From contig CBDBEV010000001.1 of NCBI GenBank assembly GCA_965204535.1, positions 960,001-1,024,000 of the forward strand: a stretch of DNA of 64,000 nt, given 5' to 3'. The notes beneath the pieces are model-generated. The model did not search any database and was not told where the DNA came from. It worked only from the letters and a program-made list of their open reading frames with translations. Below are positions 19,900 to 29,809 of the stretch, piece by piece. Source of the stretch: a bacterium. Lineage in GTDB: Bacteria > UBA8248. Numbering within the stretch: the first letter of the stretch is position 1; each line of letters starts with the position of its first letter. The position numbers were made by a program, and so were the translations under genes.

Positions 19900-21000
19900 C
19901 TACTCCACAAACTCCCGCACCGACTCTATCGGCGTTCCGTCTTTTCTGGTGATCGCCTTGGTGACGCTCAGGTTGTAGCTTGCCGTCAGGACAGCCTGCA
20001 TGTGTCGGCCGTGGCCGCCGGCGACCACGATGAGGATGTCCTCGGGTCTCGGGACGATGGGGGCCATGTCCTCGTCTTCTTCGAGATTTACGAAAGGGGC
20101 GAGCGGCGTCATGTCGAAACCGCCCCGGTCGCGCATCAGGCGAATCGGCTGGCGCGCGTTCTCGAAGATGAACCGGGAAACGTCGGCCTTCGTCCACCCC
20201 TGATCCGAAAGCCACGTGGCGGCTTCCGCCGTCAGCACAAGCATCTGCTCGCTCGGAAGCCCGCTCCTGTAAACGCCGTTCGCACCTAAATGGCTCATGG
20301 CGGACGCCGCCGTGCCCAGGTATTTATGCGGCGTCTTGCTCACCAGGTCATTCACGTTGTGGGGTGATTCGGCGCAGAGCATGGTGACGGCGGAGGTATC
20401 TGGCGCGAAGCCTCTGTCTACGTGAAAGGCGGGCCAGGGGCTCCCCTCCTCGTCCTCGCCGATGGTGTAGGCGTATTTTCCCGGATGTCCGTGGGTGGCC
20501 ATGTCCGTCACGCCGGGGATGCCGCCGCCTGCGTTCATCATCAGGAGCCGCACCGCACGCCCCAGCGTCGCGTTGGCGCGCCAGCCCTGGCCGAAGACGT
20601 TCTGGCGGCAGTTGACCTCCAGTTCATTTCGCACCGGCCCGTGGACGATCATCAGGTGTGCGCCCGGATGGGTGGTCGTCTGGCGGCCGTAGAGGTTATA
20701 AGCCGGTTCCGTCATGGCTTGCACTGCGGCGATGAGGACGGGCAGGTATACGGGTCTGCATCCCGCCATCACGGCGTTGATGGCGATGACCTCGACCGTG
20801 GCCGGGGCGTTTCTGGGCGGGACGTTGGCGATGACGTCTTGGGGCGCGTAGTCCGTATAACGCAAGGTCTCCGCCACGCGCTCCTCTGTCGGCGGGATGA
20901 CGGGCAGCCCGTCCGTCCAGCCCTCCTCGTAGAAGTGCTCGTAAATCGCGCCTGCGTCTTGGTCGAGCGCTATCTGGCGGGCGGGCTCTGGCGCGTCCAT
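19900..21000 (-). CDS. Conserved protein of the family usually partnered with UGSC (seleno)proteins
   Basis: GWTDGLPVIPPTEERV, IAINAVMAGC.P.YLPV, RANATLGRA and E.EE.SPW motifs. Confidence 0.75.
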   Translation of the reverse strand: MDAPEPARQIALDQDAGAIYEHFYEEGWTDGLPVIPPTEERVAETLRYTDYAPQDVIANVPPRNAPATVEVIAINAVMAGCRPVYLPVLIAAVQAMTEPAYNLYGRQTTTHPGAHLMIVHGPVRNELEVNCRQNVFGQGWRANATLGRAVRLLMMNAGGGIPGVTDMATHGHPGKYAYTIGEDEEGSPWPAFHVDRGFAPDTSAVTMLCAESPHNVNDLVSKTPHKYLGTAASAMSHLGANGVYRSGLPSEQMLVLTAEAATWLSDQGWTKADVSRFIFENARQPIRLMRDRGGFDMTPLAPFVNLEEDEDMAPIVPRPEDILIVVAGGHGRHMQAVLTASYNLSVTKAITRKDGTPIESVREFVE

Positions 21001-21007
21001 GCCGATA

Positions 21008-21562
21008 TCAAGCGCTCGCCTGCGTGAGGGCGGACGCCAGATGCGCGCTCGCTTTTACTGACATCTCGTCCACCTCCTCGCGCTTTCTGCCCGCGATGGG
21101 GTGGGGCAGCGTGACGAGGGGAAGCTCGTTCATCTTGTGTAGCTTGGTGAGTTGCTTGGCGTAGGCCTCGAAGGCGTCGGTGACGACCGTGACCGTGGCC
21201 AGCCCTCTTTTCTCTAAAGCGACGCTGTCGTGGATACTCCACGACGTGCACGAGCCTCAGTCGCCGAGTGCGGAAACGACGGCGTCGCACTCTCCTTCCA
21301 CCTGCTCCATCAAGGCGGGCGATGCGCCGCTCACGGATTCTTTCCGGTAGCGCACGACGCGCACGCCGGGGAACTGCTCTTCGAGCGCGGCGCCCATGAC
21401 GTCGAAAATCTCATCCGTGAAATCCTTGGTGTTGTTGATGAGGCCCACGCTCTTGCCGTTTAGGCTCTCGGGCCGCGCGGCCATGACGGCGCTCGCGCCC
21501 GGAGCCTCCGCCACGGGTTCGTAGACGAGAACCTTTTCCTTTTCCTTCGTCATTTCGCTCAT
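21008..21562 (-). CDS. UGSC-family selenoprotein (Sec at UGA 21257-21259), 184 aa
   Basis: AGGAGG RBS. Reading ...VVSALGD-U-GSCTSWSIHD..LEKRG continues in frame to a stop at 21008. SECIS-like hairpin 3' of the UGA. Confidence 0.85.
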
Positions 21563-21703
21563 GTCATCCTCCTGTGCGAGGTTTTTCGGGGAGGTCGAAT
21601 TCACTCGTTTCGATCATTCCAAGCCATTCTAACCGAAGCGGCGGGGAGAGGGGAAGGGGGAGTTTTTCGGCTGGATGTGTTCCAGAGCGTGCTGCGCAAG
21701 TGA

Positions 21704-21732
21704 TTGACACTCCCAAATGGAGGCCTTAGGTT
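21704..21732 (+). promoter_or_regulatory. Putative sigma70 promoter of the PIN locus
   Basis: TTGACA-17 nt-TAGGTT, with a CTCC-N5-GGAG palindrome in the spacer. Confidence 0.45.
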
Positions 21733-21804
21733 GATTCATGGTGATGTCTTGTTTGAAGATATCTGCCAATTGTGGATTCTCCCAAAGACTCCAAAGGGCA
21801 AGTC

Positions 21805-22575
21805 ATGGCTTCTGACACAATTACGCTGATGTTGGAGGGGGATGTTACTCTTGAGGCGTTTGCAACGGCGGTAAAGTCGTTGGACAGCCTCATCGCTGCG
21901 CTGACGGTAGAGGAGGGAGGCAGTATTGAGTGGAAGGTAGAGGACCTTCAGCCTGGAAGCGCATTAGCAACTATTAAAGGATATAGCCCTCACTCGGAGC
22001 GGGTCGAACGGGTTGTTCGGGGATACAATGATGTTGGCAGGGCACTTAAAGAAAATGTCCGGATTAATCGTGGGCGGAAAGTCTCCGCTCCAGCGATGAA
22101 ACTTGGACGCTTGGTCGGAAATGGTGTCAAACGAGTCCGATTTGAGACCCAAGAAGAAACGGTAATCTTGCATAACCCTCCAACCCGAAAGCCGAGAGTC
22201 GCGGACAACATGATGGATCTACCAGAAAATGTTATTGCAGTGGCCTTTGGTGCTGTTGAGGGAGAAGTTCAGACATTAACAAAGCGAAACATGTTGAGAT
22301 TCACTCTCTATGACGTTCTAAATGACCGACCTGTATCGTGTTACTTGCAATCCGGCCAGGAAGACCTCATGAGAGAAGTCTGGGGAAAACACGCTATCGT
22401 GGAAGGATTGGTGAGTCGTGATCCGACGGATGGACATCCTATAGCAGTGCGGCAAGTCAGTAAAATTACACCAATTATGGAGGAAGGAGACTACACGCAA
22501 GCGCGCGCAATTTTGCCGTTGAAGTCGGACGCGGAATTGCCGGAAGTCACGATTATGCGGTTGCGTGATGGCTGA
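21805..22575 (+). CDS. Hypothetical protein, putative partner/antitoxin of the PIN toxin
   Basis: AT-richer ORF overlapping the downstream PIN gene; no family recognised. Confidence 0.6.
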   Translation: MASDTITLMLEGDVTLEAFATAVKSLDSLIAALTVEEGGSIEWKVEDLQPGSALATIKGYSPHSERVERVVRGYNDVGRALKENVRINRGRKVSAPAMKLGRLVGNGVKRVRFETQEETVILHNPPTRKPRVADNMMDLPENVIAVAFGAVEGEVQTLTKRNMLRFTLYDVLNDRPVSCYLQSGQEDLMREVWGKHAIVEGLVSRDPTDGHPIAVRQVSKITPIMEEGDYTQARAILPLKSDAELPEVTIMRLRDG

Positions 22576-23038
22576 TGCGTACTATTGGGATGCCGATGTT
22601 TTCCTGTCTTATATCAATGGGATCGAGAGTAGGTTACCCATCCTGGATGATTTGCTATCAAAATCGCGTCAAGGCGAATGCCGCATCGTAACATCCATGT
22701 GGTCTATTACCGAGGTGGCATATGGCGCCATAGAAAAAGATGAGCGCGCACTGGACCCCGCGCTTGAAGCGAAAATAGATTCGATGTGGATGGATCGACG
22801 TACCATTACGTTGGTGGAAGTGCATGAACGCTTGCAACGAGATGCGAGGCGTCTAATGAGAGAAGGCATCTCTCGTGGGTGGAGCTTGAAGCCTGCGGAT
22901 GCCGTGCATTTGGCAACTGCAATCTATGCAGAAGCGAAAGAGTTCCATACATATGATGCCGGGCTCTCAAAATTTGAGGCGTTGACAGGGTTTTCTATTC
23001 ATGAACCACGTTCAAACCAAGGTGTTCTGCCGATATAG
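22568..23038 (+). CDS. PIN-domain (VapC-like) ribonuclease toxin
   Basis: YYWDADVF, TS..SITEV, LKPADAVHLATA and FHTYD. Confidence 0.85.
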   Translation: MADAYYWDADVFLSYINGIESRLPILDDLLSKSRQGECRIVTSMWSITEVAYGAIEKDERALDPALEAKIDSMWMDRRTITLVEVHERLQRDARRLMREGISRGWSLKPADAVHLATAIYAEAKEFHTYDAGLSKFEALTGFSIHEPRSNQGVLPI

Positions 23039-23097
23039 GCAATTTGCTATAGAAAACAACTCAGGTTTGCTTTGTTGCATCGCTTCGGTGTCGCAAA

Positions 23098-24099
23098 TCA
23101 CCCAATCCCCCGCACCTCCCTCGCCCAGGCGTTCATGAAGACCGTCCTGTCGGGCAGGTTGTTGTTGATGCGAAGTCCCCTGACGCCCAGGTTTTCGAGG
23201 TCTTCCAGCCTCTTCCGGCATTCTTCAGGCGTGCCGACGACCGCGAAACGCTCCGCCAGGTAGTCTCTCAAGCCGAACTCATCGACGAGCGCCGCATTGT
23301 TGGATTTATCCATGAAGCCGTGCTCCGAAGTCTGGTAGCCGTCTCTGAGCGCGCGGATGCCGGATTCGAGCTCTTGGGGGATTCGCTTGTTCTCCATCGT
23401 GAAGGCGAAGGAATGATGCGCGCTCGCGGCCAGCGCGGTGCGGATGTCCTCCCGCGCGCGCTCCCCGTCCGCGTCCACGTGGGCGTCCACCAGCCACCAG
23501 AGGTCCAGATCTTCCACCCTTCGGCCGGACTTTTGGGCGCCCTCGTCGATGAAGGAGAGCGTGTCCGCGATGACTTCGGGGATGAGGCCTGTTCCGATGA
23601 TGACGCCGTCGGCCACCTCGCCCGCGAGGCGCAGTGTTTTCGGGCCTTCGGCGGCGATGTGGATGGGCACGTGGGATTTGTGCCAGCTCAGCCGGGCGTC
23701 GTTCCCTTTGAACTGCGCGCTTCCTTCTTCGAGCATGCCCCGCACGGCGAGGACGTATTCGCGCATCTCGGCGAGTTTGGCGGGCCTCAGACCCAGATTC
23801 AGCACCGCGCTGTCGCCCGTGGCGATCCCCCAGAAGGCGCGCCCGCCCGATAGCTCGCTGATGGTGCCGATGGCGCTCGCGGCCACTGCCGGGTGGCGCG
23901 TGACGGGGTTCGTGACGCACGGGCCGAAGATGATCTCGCTCGTCTCCATCGCGCATATCGCGCACGAGACGTAGACCTCCCGGTACAGGGACTGCGTATC
24001 GGGGATGAATACCGCATCGAAGCCGAGTTCTTCCGCGCACTTACACCAGCGGGCGAACGAATCCGTATCGGGCGGTCTGAATGAAATGCCGTGTCTCAT
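23098..24099 (-). CDS. Luciferase-like (LLM), Mer-like, probably F420-dependent oxidoreductase
   Basis: AEELGFD, PCVTNPVTRHP, GIATGDSA and AAEGPKTLRLAGEVADG. Confidence 0.9.
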   Translation of the reverse strand: MRHGISFRPPDTDSFARWCKCAEELGFDAVFIPDTQSLYREVYVSCAICAMETSEIIFGPCVTNPVTRHPAVAASAIGTISELSGGRAFWGIATGDSAVLNLGLRPAKLAEMREYVLAVRGMLEEGSAQFKGNDARLSWHKSHVPIHIAAEGPKTLRLAGEVADGVIIGTGLIPEVIADTLSFIDEGAQKSGRRVEDLDLWWLVDAHVDADGERAREDIRTALAASAHHSFAFTMENKRIPQELESGIRALRDGYQTSEHGFMDKSNNAALVDEFGLRDYLAERFAVVGTPEECRKRLEDLENLGVRGLRINNNLPDRTVFMNAWAREVRGIG

Positions 24100-24115
24100 G
24101 AAAATATCCTCTTTG

Positions 24116-25120
24116 TTACTTGATCCGGCTGATTATCTCGCGGCCCCATGCCCGGATGAAGGCGGGCTTGTCGTGAACGTGGGCGGCGATCCTCAAGTTC
24201 TCGACGCCGGTCGCCTTCATGGCCTCGATCTGCTTTCTGCATTCGGCGGGGTTGCCGGCGATGGCGAAGCGATCGAGCAGGTATTCGCGGAGACCGAGCC
24301 CGTCCACGAGTTCCGCGTTCGTCTGCTTGTCCACCATCTCGTGTTCGTGGAACGCGTATCCTTGCTTGAGGGCTTCGACGGCGGAGAGGAGTTCCTTGGG
24401 AATCCGCTTGCCCTCCGTCGTGAAGCGAAAGGCGTGGTGCGCGCTGGCGGCCAGGGCCATGCGGATCTCCTCGCGCGCTTGCTCGCCGTCTTCTCGCACG
24501 TTCACCTTCGCCAGCCACCAGATGTCGAGATCGTCCACCTTGCGGCCTGATTTTTTCGCGCCTTCCTCGAGCCAGGTGAGGGAATCCGCCGCCACTTCGG
24601 GGGTGAGGCCGCATCCGATGGTGACGCCGTCCGCTATCTCGCCCGCAAGACGGATGGTGCGCGGCCCTTCGGCGGCGATGTAAAGGGGAACCCGCTTTTT
24701 GTGCCAGTTCAGCGCGCAGGGGTTTCCCCGGTAGGTCGCGGCGCCCTCCTCTAACATCCCGCGCACCGCGAGAACGTAATCGCGCACCTCGTCCACGCGG
24801 CTTGGGCGCAGGCCCAGGTTCAGGACGGCGCTGTCCCCCGTGGCGATCCCGAACAGCGCGCGCCCGCCCGAGAACTCATCCACCGTGGCGATGGCGCTCG
24901 CCGCCGTCGCCGGGTGCCGCGTGAGCGGATTCGTGACGTTGGGGCCCAGCAGGACGCGCGAGGTGTTCGCCGCGCAGATGGCGCACGAGACGTAAAGCTC
25001 CCGGTAGAGGGATTGCGAGTCTGGCACCCAGATGACGTCGAAACCCGCTTCTTCCGAGAGTCGGCACCAGTGCGCGTAGGTCTCGGGCGCGGGAGGCAGC
25101 ATGGCGATTCCGTGTTTCAT
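24116..25120 (-). CDS. Luciferase-like (LLM), Mer-like oxidoreductase, tandem paralog
   Basis: Same motifs as its neighbour (PNVTNPLTRHP, GIATGDSA). Confidence 0.9.
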   Translation of the reverse strand: MKHGIAMLPPAPETYAHWCRLSEEAGFDVIWVPDSQSLYRELYVSCAICAANTSRVLLGPNVTNPLTRHPATAASAIATVDEFSGGRALFGIATGDSAVLNLGLRPSRVDEVRDYVLAVRGMLEEGAATYRGNPCALNWHKKRVPLYIAAEGPRTIRLAGEIADGVTIGCGLTPEVAADSLTWLEEGAKKSGRKVDDLDIWWLAKVNVREDGEQAREEIRMALAASAHHAFRFTTEGKRIPKELLSAVEALKQGYAFHEHEMVDKQTNAELVDGLGLREYLLDRFAIAGNPAECRKQIEAMKATGVENLRIAAHVHDKPAFIRAWGREIISRIK

Positions 25121-25132
25121 GCGTAAAATCTA

Positions 25133-26038
25133 CTATTCTGAAATTCTCACCTGCACGCCGCCCGCGCGTTCTTCCTGGAGCGTCATGGCGCGCCTCGCGT
25201 CATCATCCCCCCAGCCGCGGTTGAGACCTGAGATGAGTTCCCCGTAGGCGATGTTGCCTATCGTCATGGGTACGTCGTGCTCGCGGGCGAGTTCAAGCGC
25301 GAGCCCGACGTCTTTTACCGCGCCCTTGATGGGAAAGTGCGGCTCGTCGAATTTCCCCTTGAAGAATGTCTCGTAGAAGACAAAGTTGAAGTGCACGGCC
25401 CGGCCCACCGCGCTGTTTTTGATCACCTCGGCCAGTACAGCGGGGTCCGCCCCCGCCTTGACGCCCAGGGTGTAGCATTCCGCCGCGATGGCTTGAATGC
25501 CGTAGCTCAGGCAGTTGTGGGCGAGCTTGCAAACGGCGCCGGTGCCGATGGGGCCGGTATAGGAGGGCCGGTCTCCGAAGGCTTCGAAGAGGGGCTTGCA
25601 GCGCTCATATACTTCCTCTTCTCCCCCCACTATGACGGCGAGGCGCCCCGTGTTCGCGCCGATGGTGGAGCCGCTCACGGGGGCTTCGAGCATGTGTGCG
25701 CCGGCTTCCGTGAACTTTTCGTGGATGCGCCGGACGACGGCGGGATATACCGTGCTCAAGTCGACGTAGACTTTCCCCGCGCTGATGCCTGCAAGAATCC
25801 CGTTCGGCCCCGTGGCGACGCTCTCCACCTCTTTGGGTCCCGGCAGCGATGTGAAGACGATCTCACTCGCGCGGGCCACCTCTTCGGGAGTATCCGCCCA
25901 GAGCGCGCCTCGCTCGATGTGATCCGCCGCGGCCTCACGGACGATGTCGTGAACGACGAGTTCATAACCCGCCTTCTGGAGGTTGGCCGCCATGCCTGCC
26001 CCCATGTTTCCCAATCCGATAAATCCGATTTTCATCAT
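25133..26038 (-). CDS. 3-hydroxyisobutyrate dehydrogenase family NAD(P)-dependent oxidoreductase
   Basis: IGFIGLGNMG, EAPVSGS and G...KLAHN. Confidence 0.9.
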   Translation of the reverse strand: MMKIGFIGLGNMGAGMAANLQKAGYELVVHDIVREAAADHIERGALWADTPEEVARASEIVFTSLPGPKEVESVATGPNGILAGISAGKVYVDLSTVYPAVVRRIHEKFTEAGAHMLEAPVSGSTIGANTGRLAVIVGGEEEVYERCKPLFEAFGDRPSYTGPIGTGAVCKLAHNCLSYGIQAIAAECYTLGVKAGADPAVLAEVIKNSAVGRAVHFNFVFYETFFKGKFDEPHFPIKGAVKDVGLALELAREHDVPMTIGNIAYGELISGLNRGWGDDDARRAMTLQEERAGGVQVRISE

Positions 26039-26244
26039 CTGTCCCTTTTTGGATTGCGAATTTCGCGGAATCGCATCTCGGTCGTTTCAGGCTCCGCACT
26101 TTTGAGACTATGAGTGGAGAACCTGTAAAATAAATGCAATCCATTCCAAAAACAAGCTATGATGAAGCGAACGCCGTCAATCACCGATAACGCGACCGGA
26201 ACGAAACGGCGGTGAAAAGGTGGAACCAACCTGGAGACGGGAAA

Positions 26245-26718
26245 ATGATGACGCAGGAATCTTTTATGAGAAGGGCGATATCGCTCGCTTCTCAAAACGT
26301 GCGGGATGGGCTCGGCGGGCCTTTCGGGTCGGTCGTCGTCAAGGACGGGGAGATTATCGGCGAGGGCGTGAACCGGGTGACGTCTTCTTGCGACCCCACC
26401 GCGCATGCCGAGATGCTCGCCATACGGGCGGCGAGTGCGAAACTCAGCAATTTCGATCTGTCCGGCTGTGAGATATACACGAGCTGTGAGCCTTGCCCCA
26501 TGTGCCTGAGCGCCATTTACTGGGCGAGAATCGATCGCATGTTTTACGGGAACACCATCGTCGAGGCCGATGCGATCGGGTTTTCCGATGAATTTCTCTA
26601 CAAGGAAATCGCTCTGCCGGTCGCTGAAAGAAAACTCGAAGCAACGCGGCTCCTGGAAGATGAAGCGCTCGAATCCTTCAATCTGTGGACGAAGATGGAG
26701 GGCAAGATTTCCTACTAG
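26245..26718 (+). CDS. guaD: Guanine deaminase (cytidine deaminase-like fold)
   Basis: GGPFG, DPTAHAE, TSCEPCPMCLSAIYWARI and GFSDEFLY. Confidence 0.85.
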   Translation: MMTQESFMRRAISLASQNVRDGLGGPFGSVVVKDGEIIGEGVNRVTSSCDPTAHAEMLAIRAASAKLSNFDLSGCEIYTSCEPCPMCLSAIYWARIDRMFYGNTIVEADAIGFSDEFLYKEIALPVAERKLEATRLLEDEALESFNLWTKMEGKISY

Positions 26719-26865
26719 GGCTCATTTTGAAGGGTGTCTTCCTTTCCCGCCGAAGTCCAGGCTTCTTCGAAAATAGCTTCTCCCTTGTTCAAGGCTCCCA
26801 TGATTGGGGTTGTTGCCCCTATCGAGAGTGTTCATCGTCATTCCGGTGTCAGACCCGACCAATGC

Positions 26866-27218
26866 GGGGTTGTTGAAAAACCCCGATTAACGAGAATTTG
26901 ACTCGTCCAATGAAAGAGCAAGATTCACTCCCCCCTTGAGGGTCTGGCTTCCCGAGGGGAAAGCCAGACGATGAAGCCGAGCGGTTTGTGCGAAGGCTGA
27001 ATCGGTGGGGGGTGAATCTCGTTTTATCGCCATTCCGAATTATACCCCCCACCGAATCGCTTGCGGGCTTACGCCCTTAGCTCTTCGACTCCCCCTCAAG
27101 GGGGGAGTGATTACGGACTGGCGCGGTGGTTCTGTAGGGACAGGTCGCGACCTGTCCCTACGGTAAACCATTAGATGATCGGGATGCCCTCCCCGACGAG
27201 GGCTTTTTCAACAACCCC
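26866..27218. mobile_element. MITE-like element with REPIN-like core
   Basis: Ends GGGGTTGTTGAAAAA / TTTTTCAACAACCCC. Core 26927-27108 plus a GTAG REP. An extra end-like sequence lies at 26806. Confidence 0.8.
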
Positions 27219-27247
27219 TGATTTGGCAAGCGGCTCTTTCTTCGCCG

Positions 27248-27745
27248 TTATGAAATCTCTTTGGGCGCGGTTTCGCCTTTCTCCAGAACGACGATCCGCT
27301 CCTCGAGCTTTGGCGGCGTCATCAGCGTGTTGTGGATGGGGCAGTTTTCGAGTTCATTGAGCAGTTCCGCCTTTTGTTCTTCCGTTACGTCACCGTGGAT
27401 GTAATAGCTCGTGCGGATGACGCCGATGGAGAGTTTTCTCCGCTCGGGGTCCGCGTGGTAATCCGCGTGAAACTTTGGCGATATGTTCCGCTTGAACTCT
27501 GCATGGACTTCCACGTCGTCGATCTGGATGCCCTTGGCTTTCGCTGCTCCCAGCAGCGTGTAGAGGCCTCAGCCCGCATGCCCTGCGATGAAGAACTCGA
27601 ACGGCGTGGCGGCGAGGTCCGTGCCGCCCCGGGTTTCGGGCTCGTCGAGCACGTAGGAGTGCTTGCCCGTGGTGGTGAACATCTGGAGCTGCGTGCCCTG
27701 GATGTGGCGGAGGATGACTTGCGGCGTGTTCGGTCTTTCCGGCAT
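27248..27745 (-). CDS. OsmC-family selenoprotein (Sec at UGA 27569-27571), 165 aa
   Basis: DEPETRGGTD.AATPFEFFIAGHAG-U-GLYTL ... NCPIHNTL. The UGA sits at the first catalytic Cys position of OsmC/Ohr proteins, with a hairpin 3' of it. GAGGAG RBS. Confidence 0.85.
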
Positions 27746-27879
27746 GAAGATGACTCCTCGATTACGTTGTGGTTTATTTGTCGGTGCGGTGGATTCTAGC
27801 AAAGATGCGGGCGGGATTCTTCCCGCAAAAATGTATCGCTTCGCAGCGCGCGTACTCATTCAAAAAGGGGGAGGGTATT

Positions 27880-28074
27880 TTGAGCTTTCATCATGCCAGA
27901 GAGGTTTTCGCCGAGATGCTCGATTCGGTGAGCGCGGAGGAAGAACCCGAGAAGCACCGGCTCTACCATGGCCTCACGCTGCTCGCCGAGGGATTCGAGT
28001 ACGACTTCAACATGATCAAGAACAGGCTCCAGCAACTCGAAATCGAGATGCGTAAACTGGAGGCCAAGGACTAA
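27880..28074 (+). CDS. Small hypothetical coiled-coil protein (64 aa)
   Basis: GGGGAGGG RBS before TTG, host-like codons, followed by a terminator. Confidence 0.55.
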   Translation: MSFHHAREVFAEMLDSVSAEEEPEKHRLYHGLTLLAEGFEYDFNMIKNRLQQLEIEMRKLEAKD

Positions 28075-28077
28075 CCC

Positions 28078-28125
28078 AAAAAAGAAGAGCGGGACGTTGC
28101 ATCCCGCTCTCTTTTGTTGCTTTTT
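28078..28125. terminator. Bidirectional intrinsic terminator
   Basis: A-run, GAGCGGGA-loop-TCCCGCTC, T-rich tail. Confidence 0.75.
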
Positions 28126-28513
28126 CTCGGGTGAGAACTCGTCTCACCCTGCAAAGGCGTTGTGACGCCTTTATTAGCGCATCAGCCTTTGTCTTCCTCC
28201 CCGCCCGGCTGATGCGATGGGGCCGGGGAGGATGGCGTTTCCGCACGGCTGAAGCGATTTATCGTAGATATCATCGCATCCTCCTTCTGTTGAAGGGTCT
28301 CCGCAAACCGGCCCGGAGCCGCTTCCTGTGTCGGCTCCTCACCGCCTCACCCGGCTGTCGCCGAGGACCACCTGAGATGGCTCGTCCGCATCGATCGTCA
28401 AGGCGCCTGGGACGTCTCGGCGGCGATATTCCGGTTCCTTCAATATCGGTATTTTGTTCTGAAAAAGCAAATTTTTTGATCACCAGAAATTCAAGTATCT
28501 GAAAAGAGAGGCC

Positions 28514-29809
28514 TTAAAAGTTCGAGGACTCAGGCGTTTCGGTGGAGGCGCTCGATTTCGTCATTTTCTCCGGCGACGGCGCCTTGGCGAGATTCAAATC
28601 CAGGGCCTTGGGCTCCGCGCTCAGGAACTCGAGACCGTTCGGCAGGTCGATGTCGCGGCCCGACAGCGTGCGCGAATGCGCGCCGGGCGTCATTTTGGCG
28701 AGGTTCACATTCACGCGCAGGCGGGTGGCGTCGATGTAATTGAGCAGGTCACGCCTGCCCCTGAGACGGATTTTGACTTCTTTCGCCGCATCTGCCGGAA
28801 GGGTGACGCCGCTCGGAACGTTGTAGTAATGGACCGGGACCCGGAATTCCTCCTCCACCTTGCTTTCGAGTTGCGGGAAGAAATTCTGCGGATTCTGGTT
28901 CTCCTGTCCCCCGAGCGACCAGAGGAATATCACGGCGGCCAGGGCGGCGAGCTTGGGCCGCCAGTTCACGAAAACATGGCGGAACGAGATGCGCCCTTTC
29001 GTCTGCCCTGCCTCGCGGGCCGCGCGCAGCCGCGTAGTGAGCCACGAGGCGAGTTCATCTTCGTTCTCCATCGTCTTGATGAGGCCGCCTTCCACGCAGG
29101 TGATCTCTCCGCGTTCCTCGGAGATGACGATCGCCAGGGCGTCGCATCGCTCCGTGATGCCGACCGCCGCCCGGTGGCGCGTACCGAACTCGGGCGGCAG
29201 GGCGTTGTTCTCCGAAAGGGGCAAAACGCATCCCACGCGCGAGACCTTGTTCTCGCGGACCACGGCGGCGCCGTCGTGGTAGGGCGCTCCCTTGAAGAAG
29301 ATGGTTTCCAGCAGTGCCGGCTGGATGTCCGCCTCGATCTCCTCGCCCGGGCTCCTCAGCAGGGAGTCGGTCAAATCCCGGTGCTCCACGACGATGATGG
29401 CGCCCATGTGCTTGGCCGCGAGCGAAAAAGCGGATTCGGCGATGGCGGCGACGCTCTCGTCCGGCAGGCGGATGCGCATCGCCCGGCGCAGGAGGATGGA
29501 GATTCTGCGCATCGGGTTGAGTTGAAAGAATATCTTCTGGATCTCTCCGTGGAAATTGATGAGAAACAGAATGAGCACGGCGATCCAGACAGCCCATAGC
29601 AGGAACGAGGTCAGGTGCAGACCCGCCGCCTGAGACGCGAGATAGATAAGCCACACCGCGAAAACGCGCACAAGGAGGCGCATCGCCTGGGTGCCCTTGA
29701 AGCGAATGTAGACCTGGTAGAGGAGGAACCACATGATCCCGATGTCGAGCATGTGGTTCCAGGAGAGGTTCTGGAAGAAATTCAAGGCCGGTTGAGCGAC
29801 GCCCCACAT
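28514..29809 (-). CDS. Diadenylate cyclase (CdaA-type) fused to a YbbR/CdaR-like domain
   Basis: Three N-terminal transmembrane helices; DAC motifs YHDGA, CVLPLS, GTRHRAAVG and ISEERG; then a transmembrane helix and a YbbR-like V.IRLRG domain. Confidence 0.88.
   Translation of the reverse strand: MWGVAQPALNFFQNLSWNHMLDIGIMWFLLYQVYIRFKGTQAMRLLVRVFAVWLIYLASQAAGLHLTSFLLWAVWIAVLILFLINFHGEIQKIFFQLNPMRRISILLRRAMRIRLPDESVAAIAESAFSLAAKHMGAIIVVEHRDLTDSLLRSPGEEIEADIQPALLETIFFKGAPYHDGAAVVRENKVSRVGCVLPLSENNALPPEFGTRHRAAVGITERCDALAIVISEERGEITCVEGGLIKTMENEDELASWLTTRLRAAREAGQTKGRISFRHVFVNWRPKLAALAAVIFLWSLGGQENQNPQNFFPQLESKVEEEFRVPVHYYNVPSGVTLPADAAKEVKIRLRGRRDLLNYIDATRLRVNVNLAKMTPGAHSRTLSGRDIDLPNGLEFLSAEPKALDLNLAKAPSPEKMTKSSASTETPESSNF

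Noticed and set aside
21257-27571. The two in-frame TGA codons as nonsense mutations (pseudogenes)
   Set aside because: Both fall at catalytic Cys-equivalent positions, both flanks are intact, and each is followed by a SECIS-like hairpin.
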